DNA from: Adineta vaga
Lineage: Eukaryota > Animalia > Rotifera
DNA length: 64,000 bases
Reading direction: 5' to 3'
Assembly: GCA_021613535.1 (NCBI GenBank)
Contig: CP075495.1
Location: 248,001-312,000 of the forward strand
Under the pieces are notes generated by a model. It searched no databases. It saw nothing but the letters and a program-made list of their open reading frames with translations, and was not told the origin of the DNA. Position numbers and translations under genes: made by a program. Positions 52,498-64,000 of this stretch are shown here, piece by piece. Every line of letters begins with the position of its first letter. The first letter of the stretch is position 1.

Positions 52498-54360
52498 TAA
52501 AATATACATTTATTTTTTCGAATTTATTTAACCTCGAAACTATCTACTGTCTGTATCTATAGCTATTCATATATACATCATTATTTCATTTATCCGTCTT
52601 CTCTTGATTTTTTCGTTATTCACCTTTGAACTTTACTCATGGTTATTTGTCTTTTGATTACTTTTTATTAACTATACTTTTTGTTGTCATACTCGATTCA
52701 TATAATTATTTCTCTATTTCGTGCTTTTTCGAGGTTACTTAAAAAAAATCTTTAAAAGATAAAATGAATTTTAACCAATAAAAATTAGACAGTTATTTAG
52801 AAATTCTAAACCTTTTTTCTGCAAAAAATACTAGAATTAACTAAATTGCGCTATTCAAACAGGTGATTATAGAATTGTTTCGTACTTGATTAATGCATCT
52901 AATCTTTCTTCATGAATAATCGATAGAGATATGAGTAGGGATTATTATCAATTTTCTAGTATATTCATGAATAAATGTATTGTTGTGAATAAATTCTCTT
53001 ATTAAAATTATAATTTTTAGTAGTATTGAAATTAAAAGCTACTTCATTTATTGTTACTAAGGTGAAAAAAATAGCTGAAGTGTTGTTATTAGAGTCAAAA
53101 AATAGCTGGAAATTATGATTAAAATGAAAAACCAGTTGATGTTGTTATTAAGGTCAAAATTTTGCTGGGATGTTGTTATTAGGGTCAAAAAATAGCTGGA
53201 AATTATGATTAAAATGAAAAACCAGTTGATGTTGTTATTAAGGTCAAAATTTTGCTGGGATGTTGTTATTAGGGTGAAAAAATAGCTGCGTGTTGGAATT
53301 AAAGTCAAAATTTTTCCCAGTAGTGACTTATGACTTCTTGTGGAAGTTTTTTTCTTCTTATATTATAGTTCGATCCTCATGAACTTTTGGATTTAGATAG
53401 AGTTCGATATGGGCTACAATATTGCCAGAAGAACCTTTGCTCGTTTCCCGAGTAAAAACTATGAAAAATACTCTTTTTCTCAAAATGTTCATTTTCACCT
53501 CATTTTTGCTGGAGTGTTGTTATTAGGGTCAAAAAATAGCTGGAGTGTTGATATTTGGGAAATAGCCCTAGAAACAACAGAGGCGGTTCATAATTTTATA
53601 CCGCTGATTTCTCCACTATTAGATTTCGCAATCATGGATAATTTAGTATCATTTGAAAGAGGAGAATCTAAAGATTATAGCTATGCAAAAATATTTCTAA
53701 TTGATCATGTAATAGTGGAGAACGAGATCATTTACGATCAGCTAAAAAATTAGTGTTGTTATTAGGGATTCTGACTGTACTATTTACTTTTTACAGAAAA
53801 TAAAAACAAATGATCAAGCAGTTACTGAAAATGTTTACCTAATTCCACATTCATCAAAACCTGTCAATGAATATTTCAATCCAAAATTTTTAACTGGCTT
53901 ATATCCAACTTTATTCTGCTATGGACGTGGCGCACTTGAAGATCAATCATGACCAATTGAAATCAAATTCAAAGAACATATACGTTATCTACTATCTTAT
54001 AATGATCGTCGCTTTGAAACAAATCACAGTTTCATATTTGTAATCTTCAACTTATTACAACGACGTGATGCTTGTTTTCATGCTCAATTAATCGCAACAA
54101 AACCATATTTTCAAGCATCAGCTAATGAAATTCAATCAATCAATAGCAAAGATATTGAAGCGGCTCTTGACAACAATATCAAAAGAACATATAATACAGA
54201 AGCAGATAGTGCATTAAATAAACTTTTACAACATATCAAAACTGTCGGTGGTCGAGTTATGGTATCAGCATATTCTAGAACGACCTTACGTACTCGTATA
54301 CATGCACTTATTTTTAATCAAGGCTTACCGAGTATATTTCTTACCATAAATCCAGCCGAC

Positions 54361-55085
54361 TGTTAGGATTCGATCTAAACGTTGGCGAAAAAGAAAGAGG
54401 AACAAAACGACACCCTTTGAAGTTTCGGTCTTCGACCACCTTTATTTCAGGTCAAAAGGATGACAACATCAACAACAACAAAAAAACAAAACATATATAG
54501 AAAATATAATCCAATCGAAAGAAAACAACAAAAGAAACGAAAGGATCGTCTATCTACTATAGATAGATGGCGATCCTGACACCTCCCCTCACCACCAGGT
54601 TCACAAAAATAAATTCATTGGCAGCAACTTGTCATATAAATATTGATCTTATTCTGATTTAAGACCCACATAAAGAATTGAATTGACAATGTTGATATTC
54701 TTGGAATTGATATGACATTGTCGAAGGATTTTTTTTGCTGCTTTATCACCAATATTTGCTGGACGTTGTATTTCATAAATATATCTATTTCGACGATGAC
54801 GTTGACTACTGTTGGCATTTCTTCTTTTTTGTGCAGCTTCTGATCGACGTTTTCTTCGTTTTGCTGGACGAGATGGATTGTTGTTTGTATCAGGTTCAGC
54901 ATTTCCAACTTGATCAACCTGTGGAACATCATTTGCATCTATGATTTGTTCATCGACATGTTCAAAATCTGTAATTAATGTAACCACTGGTAGAATAACA
55001 ACTGTTGATGTAGATGATTGCATGGACGAAGATAAATTATTTTCTTCTTGTTCTTGTTCTTGTTCTGGTTCTTCATCTTCAACCA
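54361..55085 (-). mobile_element. 3' remnant of a third LTR retrotransposon family (LTR 54361-54581, PPT 54582-54590, terminal ORF fragment)
   Basis: TGTTAGGAT...ATCCTGACA termini. GAGGGGAGG purine tract adjacent on the minus strand. Basic ORF (RRKRR...HRRNRYIYEI...LYVGLK) ends next to the PPT. Confidence 0.75.
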
Positions 55086-55147
55086 GGGTGTGGGTGTGGG
55101 TGAGGGTGTGGGTGGGTTTCTTGTATTCCCCGTCACCCGCACCCACC
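55086..55147. repeat. Inverted telomere-like cassette truncating the LTR element
   Basis: GGGTGTGGGTGTGGGTGAGGGTGTGGGTGGG, short spacer, CACCCGCACCCACC. Confidence 0.75.
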
Positions 55148-55860
55148 TGAGGGAATAATAATAATGAACTAAAAACCATTTGGGATATGAAAACTGATAC
55201 TACGGAAACATAAGCGGGAAATGTGGATGACAACTCGAGTGACGATTTGATGAGATTGAACGTTATCTTAACCAAAAAATTTATCTAAAATGGATATGCA
55301 TTATTGAAATGATGAAATAAATACTCTCTGATACTCCAACAACTTGCTGTATTAGTGAAATCACTATTCAAAATTTCACCAAGTTCTGTAACACCAGAGC
55401 GTATTCTCAGTTCATGTGGACGACTTTCAGAAAAACTAAGAACCTCATTAAATCCAGATGTTATAGATGACACGTTAATGATTCAGAATTTTGGAGATAT
55501 TTGATTTTATTCTTCCACGTTTCTTTATGTTATTATTTGAAATAGATTGGAAGTTACAAAAGCCTTTAGGGGAATGGGCAGCTTATGCAAAAAATTCAAT
55601 TGGTAGGACAAGTTGCTGGTTGTTGAAGCTCCTTGACCTGGAGGCGTGTACGGTGCATAACTTTCAGTTTGAAAAACGATTTCGTTCAAATATTAGAATC
55701 TCGGACACGTCAACATTAATATATTTTAATTTTTGGCTTCGAGTTTCGGTTTCATGCGTGTCTAATCCTATCTCTCAGTCCGAATCGAATTACGTCAAAA
55801 GGGTCTAACTGACTGCTGTCGAGTCAAATGATCGTAAAGTGTCTTAGCTTGCAGTATCTA

Positions 55861-56268
55861 CAGTCTGAAAAAATCGTTCATATACCAAAATTTCCGAAAA
55901 AGGTTCTGTGTTTGTCAATAAACTTCGAAATGTGTTGAAAAGTTGAAAGAATCGATCATTGCAATCTACGGAGCCTTACAGATTATTGCCGTGTATCCAG
56001 AGGAAGAATCCCCTACCACAAAACTATTTTAAGGTCCGTGCGAATATACAAAGGCTACAGGGTTCTCTGTGAGCCAAATGGTGCCCAAGAAAATGATGAC
56101 GGTTTCGTGTTAGGTGCTTCTTCCTGTGGATAATACACAGCAATAGCATATAATGTTCCTCAGATTGCAACGATTATTTCTTTTGACTTTTCAACACATT
56201 TGAAAGTTTTTTGACACTCATGAAATCGTTTTTGAGAGTTTTGTCGACGAACGATCTTCTCTAGAGTG
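55861..56268. mobile_element. Old palindromic MITE
   Basis: TA flanks. The two halves are imperfect reverse complements (AAATGTGTTGAAAAGT / ACTTTTCAACACATTT; TTGCAATCT / AGATTGCAA). Confidence 0.7.
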
Positions 56269-56589
56269 TACCAAACAGTAAGCACTGGATAATGTGACAG
56301 TCCGACTCGCCTCGCCTCGCCAAATTTCCATCGAACTCAGATATATCTTCTACAACTTCGAAGAAATTATTGAATTCTGCTCTATTGTTATAGTCAAGGT
56401 CTTTCTGATTGAAATTTTCAGGAATCGTAGAGTCCATAAGTAGTAGTCACTCCTGAAAATCTCAACTTGACCACTCAACGTTGGCTGCTATTTCGATAGT
56501 TAACAAAACAGAGTTCATCTATAGGTGAGCACTAGTTCCAGGTTTTGAGATTAGGATCAGGCTCCGTATATCCATAGTTTCTATTGTAT

Positions 56590-56970
56590 CAATAGCAACT
56601 GTGCATTGTTACATCACTGCTTTGAGAACAGAGTGCAAAAATGTTGTTCTCAAATTGTTACCTAGTTCATACCGCCCTAAAATGCCCAAAAATATCGTAT
56701 TTAAAATCAGCGCAAAAAACCGAGTCGATACGACTGTGTATTACAGTTTTGCTAGAATTTTACGTTTTTTATAGAACTCTTGGAAGCTAGGTGAGAACCA
56801 ATGTACCCAAAATTAGATTTTGCGTCGATTTTAGTATACCGAGGATTTATCACGAGGTATTTTTTAGTGTTTTAGGGCAGTATGTACCTGCAAGAGATCT
56901 GAAAAGAACTTTCCGGAGATCGCTTTTCTTAGCAGTTTTGTAGCACTTCACAGGTGTTATCGATACCATG
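56590..56970. repeat. Degenerate foldback/MITE remnant
   Basis: CATACCGCCCTAAA (~56668) against TTTAGGGCAGTATG (~56871), with weaker flanking symmetry. Confidence 0.4.
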
Positions 56971-59887
56971 AAAATAGCTCCCGTTCTAAATCAAACAGTT
57001 GAGAACGGACTTACCCAATAATCTGCTGTGGTCCATATATGACCTGATGCCAACATTATATTGATGTTTTTCTCAATCAACAGTCTATTTTTGCGCGAGG
57101 TTTATTCCGAGAATTTTGCCCCAGATACAATTTTGTATCAAATGGCATGTAGATTGTAAATCAAAATATTGTGTATACTTACTTTGCAACTAATCGATGG
57201 TAAAGCTTTTGTGGTGCCGCGAAGCCCACACAAAAAACAAGAAGAATGCTACACGAAACCATTTTTATAACAAAATCAAAACCCTTGAAGTCTTTCTAGC
57301 AAAACCGTGGAATTCTTGAGGGTTTACAATTCGTTACAGACTGCGAAATACTCATTTGGTTTCAACTAAAGCTCTATTTTGTTTTCATTATATTGCGGAA
57401 AGAAACAAGGTAATATAACAGTGTATATCCCATCAAGTTGAAATCCACAGAAGTACTTCCTTATTCAAAGCTCTACGACTTCTAAAACTCTTTTGTCAAA
57501 TTTCCACTTTTTATGGGTTAGCCAGAATCGCTTAAAAATATTCTCTGTTCTTTAGCTGTAGTGTATGCTTTGAAATATGTCCTATAATCCTCTCACGTAG
57601 TTGTAAGTTGAGAATCTCATTCATTGCATGATTTACAAAATAGAAAACAATATATTTGTTTCGACATCCTTTATTTTCATAATATTTCAAAAAATTGTTA
57701 TTTTGGTTAGGGTGCACAAAAAAACATAATAAACTAATTGCATGATTATAACATATGTGATGTGTTGGAAGAAGCGTTTGCTGCGCAGACGTTTATTACC
57801 CATTTGTTGCAGATGTGCTGACAACAGTAACTGCTGATTGATAATTGAAGAAAAACTGAATTGCCGTGAGATTGCGCTTTAGACATAATAAAACCCTTTA
57901 GGGTGTGGGTGGTGTTGAGACATTGTTCGTCAGGAATTGGTTTCCCAGTTTTTGAAGACGAGGGTATGGGTGGTGGTGTCGACTGGACTGATGCCGATCA
58001 CATTGGTTGATCTCACTGGAGATCAGGTGGTAAAAGAAGCAGCTGTGCCTCTTTTACTACGTATGTGACAGTATATTGATATGATTTTTTACCGTTCTTT
58101 ATATACTTTTTTTTGAGAAAGAGATACTTGGATTTGTGTAAGAAGGAAAAATCGTCCTTAACTCAAGCGTTATTTTTATTCTTTTGGTTCACTAGTATCA
58201 CTACGCTTAATAATATTATGCAGTATCACATTCTAGAGCAGTATATTAATCATTAATCAACTTTGACTTGCTGTTTTTGTCGGAAAATATCGTCTGATGC
58301 AATACTATTTATCATATCTCACAATCTCTTGACGTTTTAAAGTCGACGGAACTTTTTTGTGAGTAGTCAGTATATTTTCTTTGCTTTTCTCCACTTCCAC
58401 TGAGCAATAGAGCCTCAAAAAGTCTGGAATCATGAAAATCACCCGAAAGGTAAGGGAAACTTACTGTATTTTATTGAATTTCACAACAATATTCTCAATC
58501 ATATTGAACTATTACTCGGCGCTCTAGTTTCATTATATATCTTACTATAGTTCCGCTATCGTAAGAGAACTTTTGAACATTGAGGAGACTGGTATCAGTA
58601 TCGTGTATTAGAGACACTTAGAAATATCTGATTTTTATTAAAAAAAACTATTTAAAAGAACAGCAGAATATTAGATTTCTCGACGATTTTTTAGATTCTT
58701 CACTAAATCTTACCTAATTTCTATTGAAAGTTAAGGATAGGCAAGTATGAGGGTGCCTAGAAACACCGATATACATAAGAAGTCTGAATAAATCCTAAGC
58801 AAATTTTAAAATCCTTTGGAAAAAATTAATCTAGGTAGACCATTGGTTTTAAACCGGTGATCCAATCGGTATCCTTTAAACATAACTATATTTAAAAGAC
58901 GATAAGTTTGTTAGATCTTGAAGACAACTTCAATATCCTAAAGGATTTTATTAGGACATCATGTGCTATCATAAGTTTGGACACGCCGATTCATAAAAGT
59001 TTCCAAGGAGGCACGATAGATTGGCGTGTAATTGTACGGATTGCGATAGGATAGTCATCGTCCGCTAACTTCTTGATGAGATTCTCAAAAAACATAATAC
59101 TAAGATATTTCTATCGAAGTGCCAAAAATCGGCCTTCCGAAATAGTTTTGTTGAATCGTTTACAATTTGAAAGCACAGGAAAAGTTTTCAAACTACTCCG
59201 CGTTGCATGTGTTTTTTTAGAGCATCTTCACATTTCAGAACATATCACCGAAAACGCATAGAATCTCACTCAATCCTCTATTCCTTGGTGAGTTATTCTT
59301 CACACGCCAACATCAAGTTGATTTTAAATGGCAGTCATAGAACATTACATCAAAACGATCCTTTAGCATTGTTGTGAATGTTCGATAAGGTGTAAATTCG
59401 TAAAACGTATGTGATGTTTCAATCGTCTCTTAATCAACATATCCAGAAATATAAAAGCAGATCAGATTTACCTCTTTTCGTTTGAGATATGTGCATACTG
59501 ATACTTTTTCTGTTTGGGGAGTTGCTGCATGTTATGGATAATATCATCTATATGTGAAGTTATAGCTGGACGATTGCGGAAGCGGTATAAACACACTCGC
59601 CTCAACTGATATCGTCACCCACACCCTCAGACATTATGGGTACCGTACTGGAGACTTTGTTTATTTTAAGAAAATCATTGACTTCAATCTTAAATAAATT
59701 CTGAACACATATATGCATACTTTCTATCACTATGTACATTTGTTTCTCAAACTTACGTTTAACTATAGAATGATGTTTTCTGAAGAACGGAAATTAAAAG
59801 AGAGGAAGAGATGTCTTGATAGAAATCGTGATAATGTTTTTGTTGAGTGCGATTAAAATTATGAAACGTTTATGAACAACCGACCAT

Positions 59888-61321
59888 TTACTCGTCCTGC
59901 TCAGAGTCTAAATTTGGCGCAATGTCACTTTCAGAACGATCGCCAAAAAAAAGTCTTAGAACTTTATCCACAATGTTTTGTTGTTCTAATGGTTGTTGTT
60001 GAGCTATATGACGGTCCACTGGATTGATTGACGGCTGGGGATTTGTTGATTCCATAGATCTGTTGAAGAAATTGAGAAATCTTCTCCTTTTTGTTAGTTT
60101 TTTTTGTTTATTTACGACATTGGTATTTGTATTTGTGTTCTTGGTAGTATTAACGGTGAACTGTTGTTGGAATGTTCTTGTATTCATTTGGTTTATGAAT
60201 CCATCATCAAAACATCGAACTGATGTCAGCTCATTATTTGACTTCAGAGTAGCTAGGTTGTTCATCGAACGTGATCGATACCTTCTCACTTGTTGGAAAG
60301 GATTTGATTGTTCGATCACTAAGGGGATGTGTCTTCCTACTTCACGATCTTCAGCAGTCATCGACGTCTCACGATTGTTCATGTCGGCAGATATTTCAGT
60401 TGTATGTGGCGACTCCGTGCGACCACGGCAACTGCTGAATTGTGATCTCGGCAGATTTAGACGTCGGTTAGCGAATGCCTGCTGTTTCTTCGATAACATG
60501 TATTCAGACAACGGGATTGGACGATGTCTTGGTTGTGCCTGGGTATTGCCACTAGCAGCAGCTCCACTTGTTAAATTCTGTACTTCTTCAATGGGATCAT
60601 TTGAAATGTTGAAAGAACTAAAAATTTCATTTTCATTCTGTTCAACTTCATTTCCTGTTGTCGGTTGATCTTCGTTTTCAGTTTCCGATTGATCATCTTC
60701 ACGTGCATTCGATGTAGAGAATAACGCAATTGATTGCAAGATCTGTAGCTTTAAATGTCTGCGTTCATTCTCTATGTTTTCTGCTGTTTCTACATTGTTG
60801 ATAGATGGAGTCGAATCGAGACATTCGAAAGATATCTCAATGTCATTACTTTCATTTCGTAATAGATGTTTTGTTTTTGAAAGATTGTTTTTCTTTTTTG
60901 TCGGAACTGTCGGGAATGTATTGTTTTTATGAATCTCAATATTTTCGTTTGTTTTTCGTTTAGCATAATCCTTGAGAGTACAACGCTCACGAGGTTTGTC
61001 AAATCTTTCTACATCAGAACGATAATCACCACTGCTCACTACTTTGATGATTGATTGGTTGGTGATTTTGTGGGGTATTTGTTTATTTGTTGTTTGACAT
61101 TCTGAAACTGTTGAGGGGTATGAATTTTTCTGATCATCATCATACTCTTCCATCTCAACAAAAGCAGACGACGATGATTCTACTTCTGTCATGTTTTCAT
61201 AAGAGAAAGTGATGACCAGATCCATATCGTTATCGGTTTCTTCAATCTCGATGACATTGTCGCAGTCGGAATTTTGTACTATGAGAAAATACGAAGGACA
61301 ACAGTTATTCCATGACATCAT
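59888..61321 (-). CDS. Hypothetical 477-aa, largely disordered protein (acidic N-half, basic clusters)
   Basis: 1.4-kb stop-free ORF in AT-rich DNA. No recognisable domain. A possible upstream donor site lies at ~61527. Confidence 0.6.
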   Translation of the reverse strand: MMSWNNCCPSYFLIVQNSDCDNVIEIEETDNDMDLVITFSYENMTEVESSSSAFVEMEEYDDDQKNSYPSTVSECQTTNKQIPHKITNQSIIKVVSSGDYRSDVERFDKPRERCTLKDYAKRKTNENIEIHKNNTFPTVPTKKKNNLSKTKHLLRNESNDIEISFECLDSTPSINNVETAENIENERRHLKLQILQSIALFSTSNAREDDQSETENEDQPTTGNEVEQNENEIFSSFNISNDPIEEVQNLTSGAAASGNTQAQPRHRPIPLSEYMLSKKQQAFANRRLNLPRSQFSSCRGRTESPHTTEISADMNNRETSMTAEDREVGRHIPLVIEQSNPFQQVRRYRSRSMNNLATLKSNNELTSVRCFDDGFINQMNTRTFQQQFTVNTTKNTNTNTNVVNKQKKLTKRRRFLNFFNRSMESTNPQPSINPVDRHIAQQQPLEQQNIVDKVLRLFFGDRSESDIAPNLDSEQDE

Positions 61322-64000
61322 CTTTAGAAAACTATACCTTGATCATGGTCGACGATTTCCTTGTTCGAATTTTGGTCCTGGTAATCGTTTGATGAGGCCA
61401 TATCAGTTAGACAGAGTTTCAAAAGTTTTAGAATAAATGAACTGTTTATAAGCTGGAATACAAAAGATTGATTTGAGTATATTCATTTCATAAAATAACA
61501 TTTATTATGGTCACCGAAACAATCTCACCTGCTCGATTGAAACTTTTGAAGATGTTGAACGGGTTTTTCTTTTGAATAAAATCTATAATGATATGAATAA
61601 ATTGCAGTAAATTAATAATTCACAAAGCTACGAGACTCGCTCGGTATGTCGGATTATCTTATTATTAATCATATTCTGTGAATATAGTTTTGAAAACAAT
61701 TTAACATATGTTCAGAGTTGAAAGGAAAAATATTGCACTAATAGTCAATTTCTGGCTCTTCCTTATAATTCAAGAGCATGAAGTATGGTTGCAAAGTGAC
61801 TATATACATAACCTTCTACTTTTCTCGAAAATTTCGAAAAGACAGAGATTTATCTTATTAGGAATTGGAAAATATCATTTACTTTCTTCTATTTGTGAAT
61901 GTTCCGTTTTTCTTTTAATAATTTCCTTCGCTTCTTAGAAAACGTTGCTGTTTGAATTGTCAATACTACATACAAATATTTTCTCAGAACGAAGTCGCTC
62001 CATGAGATACCGTCGACTATTATCTATCCTACTTTCAACAATTTATATTTTCATAATACATTTCGGGCGTACTTTAGAAAATAACATCCTTATTCCAACT
62101 GAAGTTTATTAGATTGAGATGCTTTGGATAAAGTAAGTGTTTATTGTGCTTGGAAAAACTATGTCTCTAAAACTTTACAACATTTATTGACATAATTTCT
62201 AGTTATTGGAAGTATCATAACTGCCAGTATGAATAGTAGTGCTTCCTATATAGTTACTTTAGATTTCATCTCAATTTTTCCTTTGTCACTAGCCTCTGAT
62301 GGTCTATTCTAGAATAATCTGAATCTTTTTAGAACTGTTTTGGCTCCTAAGATTGAAATGCATTCCAAATAGTTGAACAGGACAGATATAATATTCTGAT
62401 TTTAGTGTTGAATAATCCAAAAATAGTCTTTTGCTGACCAAGATCTTTAATAATATTCGATTGTCTCATTGGTTATACAACGACTCTTTCTCATGAGATC
62501 GATACAATATACTTTTTGGAATTTTTTCGAATGTATTGTAGCGAATCGATGAATTTAATATTTTTTTTTAATATTTTTTGTTCTCTTTCTAACAAATTAT
62601 ACTTCCATAAATAATTGTCTTTCGTCCACGCTTTTTTGTTAATGTAAAATAGCGTCTACTGTTATAGTATGGGGAGATTGTTTGAAAACAATCAGTCGCA
62701 TAGTATTCGTATGGTAAATAGAAACTAGCCATGAAAGTATATAAAAAAGTCAATTAACTCCTGTCTTTACTAGCTAGATTCCTGCAGAACTAGTCGAACT
62801 GAGCTAGAACTTCAACACGATCTGATGGAATTCAGAACCGTAAGAACTTCCTCTTTGTTGTTATCGATTGGTTTCTTGAATGAAGACAACAAAAAAATAT
62901 TCGTTGTTAGATCGAATTGTTTCCTATATTTAACACTGCAAAGTCGCATCAAAACAATCAAATCTGAAAAAGGATGTGCACAGATCAAGAGTTATTTCAC
63001 TTTCTTCACGTGTATTAGTTCATACAACGATAACAGCTACATCACCAACATCACTTCTTAGTACGACCTCCTAAAAATGGTATGCTGGTACCAGACTGCA
63101 GTCTTTTTTCCATCACTTAGGAGGGAACCGCTCGAAGTGTCGAACGTCGATTTCATTCATTCATATGCAGATCGATAGAGCGCATCGCAATGGAAAAAGA
63201 TCATTTATTTGTAATTTTCAATATTACAAAGTGAGTCGCGTTGCGGTTTAATCCAATACATTTTAGATTACTTCGTCGGCTCACTCCAAATTTGTAATGT
63301 TTTCTAGCTATTGCGAGCAATCACACTACTGTACATGATCAGTGTTACTTTCTTTTCGGTTTAGGCAGTTCAATGTTTTCTGTTTTAGTTTTCGTCTTTT
63401 GTCAAATGTCGTTTTTAATCAAAATTTTCATGTTTTATAAATGCTGTGTTTATTGTAAGCTACGTGTCACTCGTTGTTCTTGATTTCTGTTGATGTATAA
63501 TCAAGATAAAAATTGTGTAAAGCACCTTTGAGGACGAAATTTTGTTTTTGAAAGGTTTTTGATGAAAAAATTATCTTTTTCATACGAGCAGTATATACAT
63601 GGCAAATCTATCGTGAATGGCGTCTATTCTTGGTTTAACCACAAAATATTCCACATGAAGGTGAGTTTCCTTCATTTCAAAGCTCTCAAATAATAAGCAT
63701 TTTTTTCTAGAAAAAGACTTCTAGTTTGTTAGTGATAATAAAAAATCTAATATATCAAAAATGAAACCACGAAATAACCTAAAGTTTTTAAATCATACAG
63801 CAACGCGTATGAGCTTGTAGCGTTATAAAATTTCAAGTGTAAACGTCCTTTTCTGACTGAACTGTAAGATTTTGAATGTTCATCCATTTTGACTGTAAAA
63901 AGCAAAGAAATAACTCTAACTTTTCAATAATTAGTTATCAACTCAAATGCTTTTGGTCTTTTCCCTATCTCGAAGCCCTCTATCAGCCGAAATACGAGTG

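Larger units (their letters stand above)
48667..53777 (+). mobile_element. pogo/Fot1-like (Tc1/mariner) foldback transposon with very long TIRs
   Basis: TA TSD (48665-48666, 53778-53779). CAGTCAG...CTGACTG ends. TIRs at ~48667-49626 and ~52906-53777 are near-identical apart from one 90-bp unit. Confidence 0.93.
46083..54360 (+). mobile_element. Helitron2/Helentron copy 3 (pseudogene; interrupted by a foldback transposon, truncated by an LTR at Rep motif 1)
   Basis: MNKQCVFC, GDGNCLYHS, WRPNHFVPL, CAVCN and FSAANNMW. Resumes at 53778 with ENVYLIPHSSKPVNEYFNP...FLTINPAD. Confidence 0.9.

Noticed and set aside
60024-60668. 214-aa plus-strand ORF
   Set aside because: Antisense shadow of the 477-aa ORF.
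61500-64000. TATA-like motif (~62738) and short ORFs
   Set aside because: No coherent gene model or homology could be supported.

Overview
AT-rich eukaryotic DNA with short (~50-110 nt) GT-AG introns, most likely from a bdelloid rotifer. That assignment is inferred from the TGTGGG/TGAGGG telomere-type repeats, the Asn-rich Penelope, the env-bearing gypsy element and a fungal-type gene. The window is a nested transposon cluster. DNA elements: a KDZ-type transposase 3' end, a two-gene P-element-like transposon, three divergent intron-rich OTU-bearing Helitron2/Helentron copies, a pogo/Fot1-like foldback element with ~0.9-kb repetitive TIRs, and several MITEs. Retroelements: a young non-coding LTR element (TRIM-like) plus a solo LTR of the same family, a pol-less gag-pro-env gypsy element in tandem with a second gag, a third LTR remnant, and an intact Penelope-like element with three hammerhead ribozymes. 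One intact, intronless fungal-type GT71 alpha-mannosyltransferase is a candidate horizontal transfer. Most notable: (i) a 7-kb Penelope unit with two outward-facing 3' ends and a 396-bp non-Penelope spacer inside a single 12-bp TSD; (ii) a hammerhead cleavage site coinciding with a predicted 5' splice site; (iii) four inverted telomere-repeat cassettes, three of them exactly at TE truncation points; (iv) a P-like transposon whose two ORFs share an N-terminal module. All calls come from reading the sequence by eye; no searches were run.
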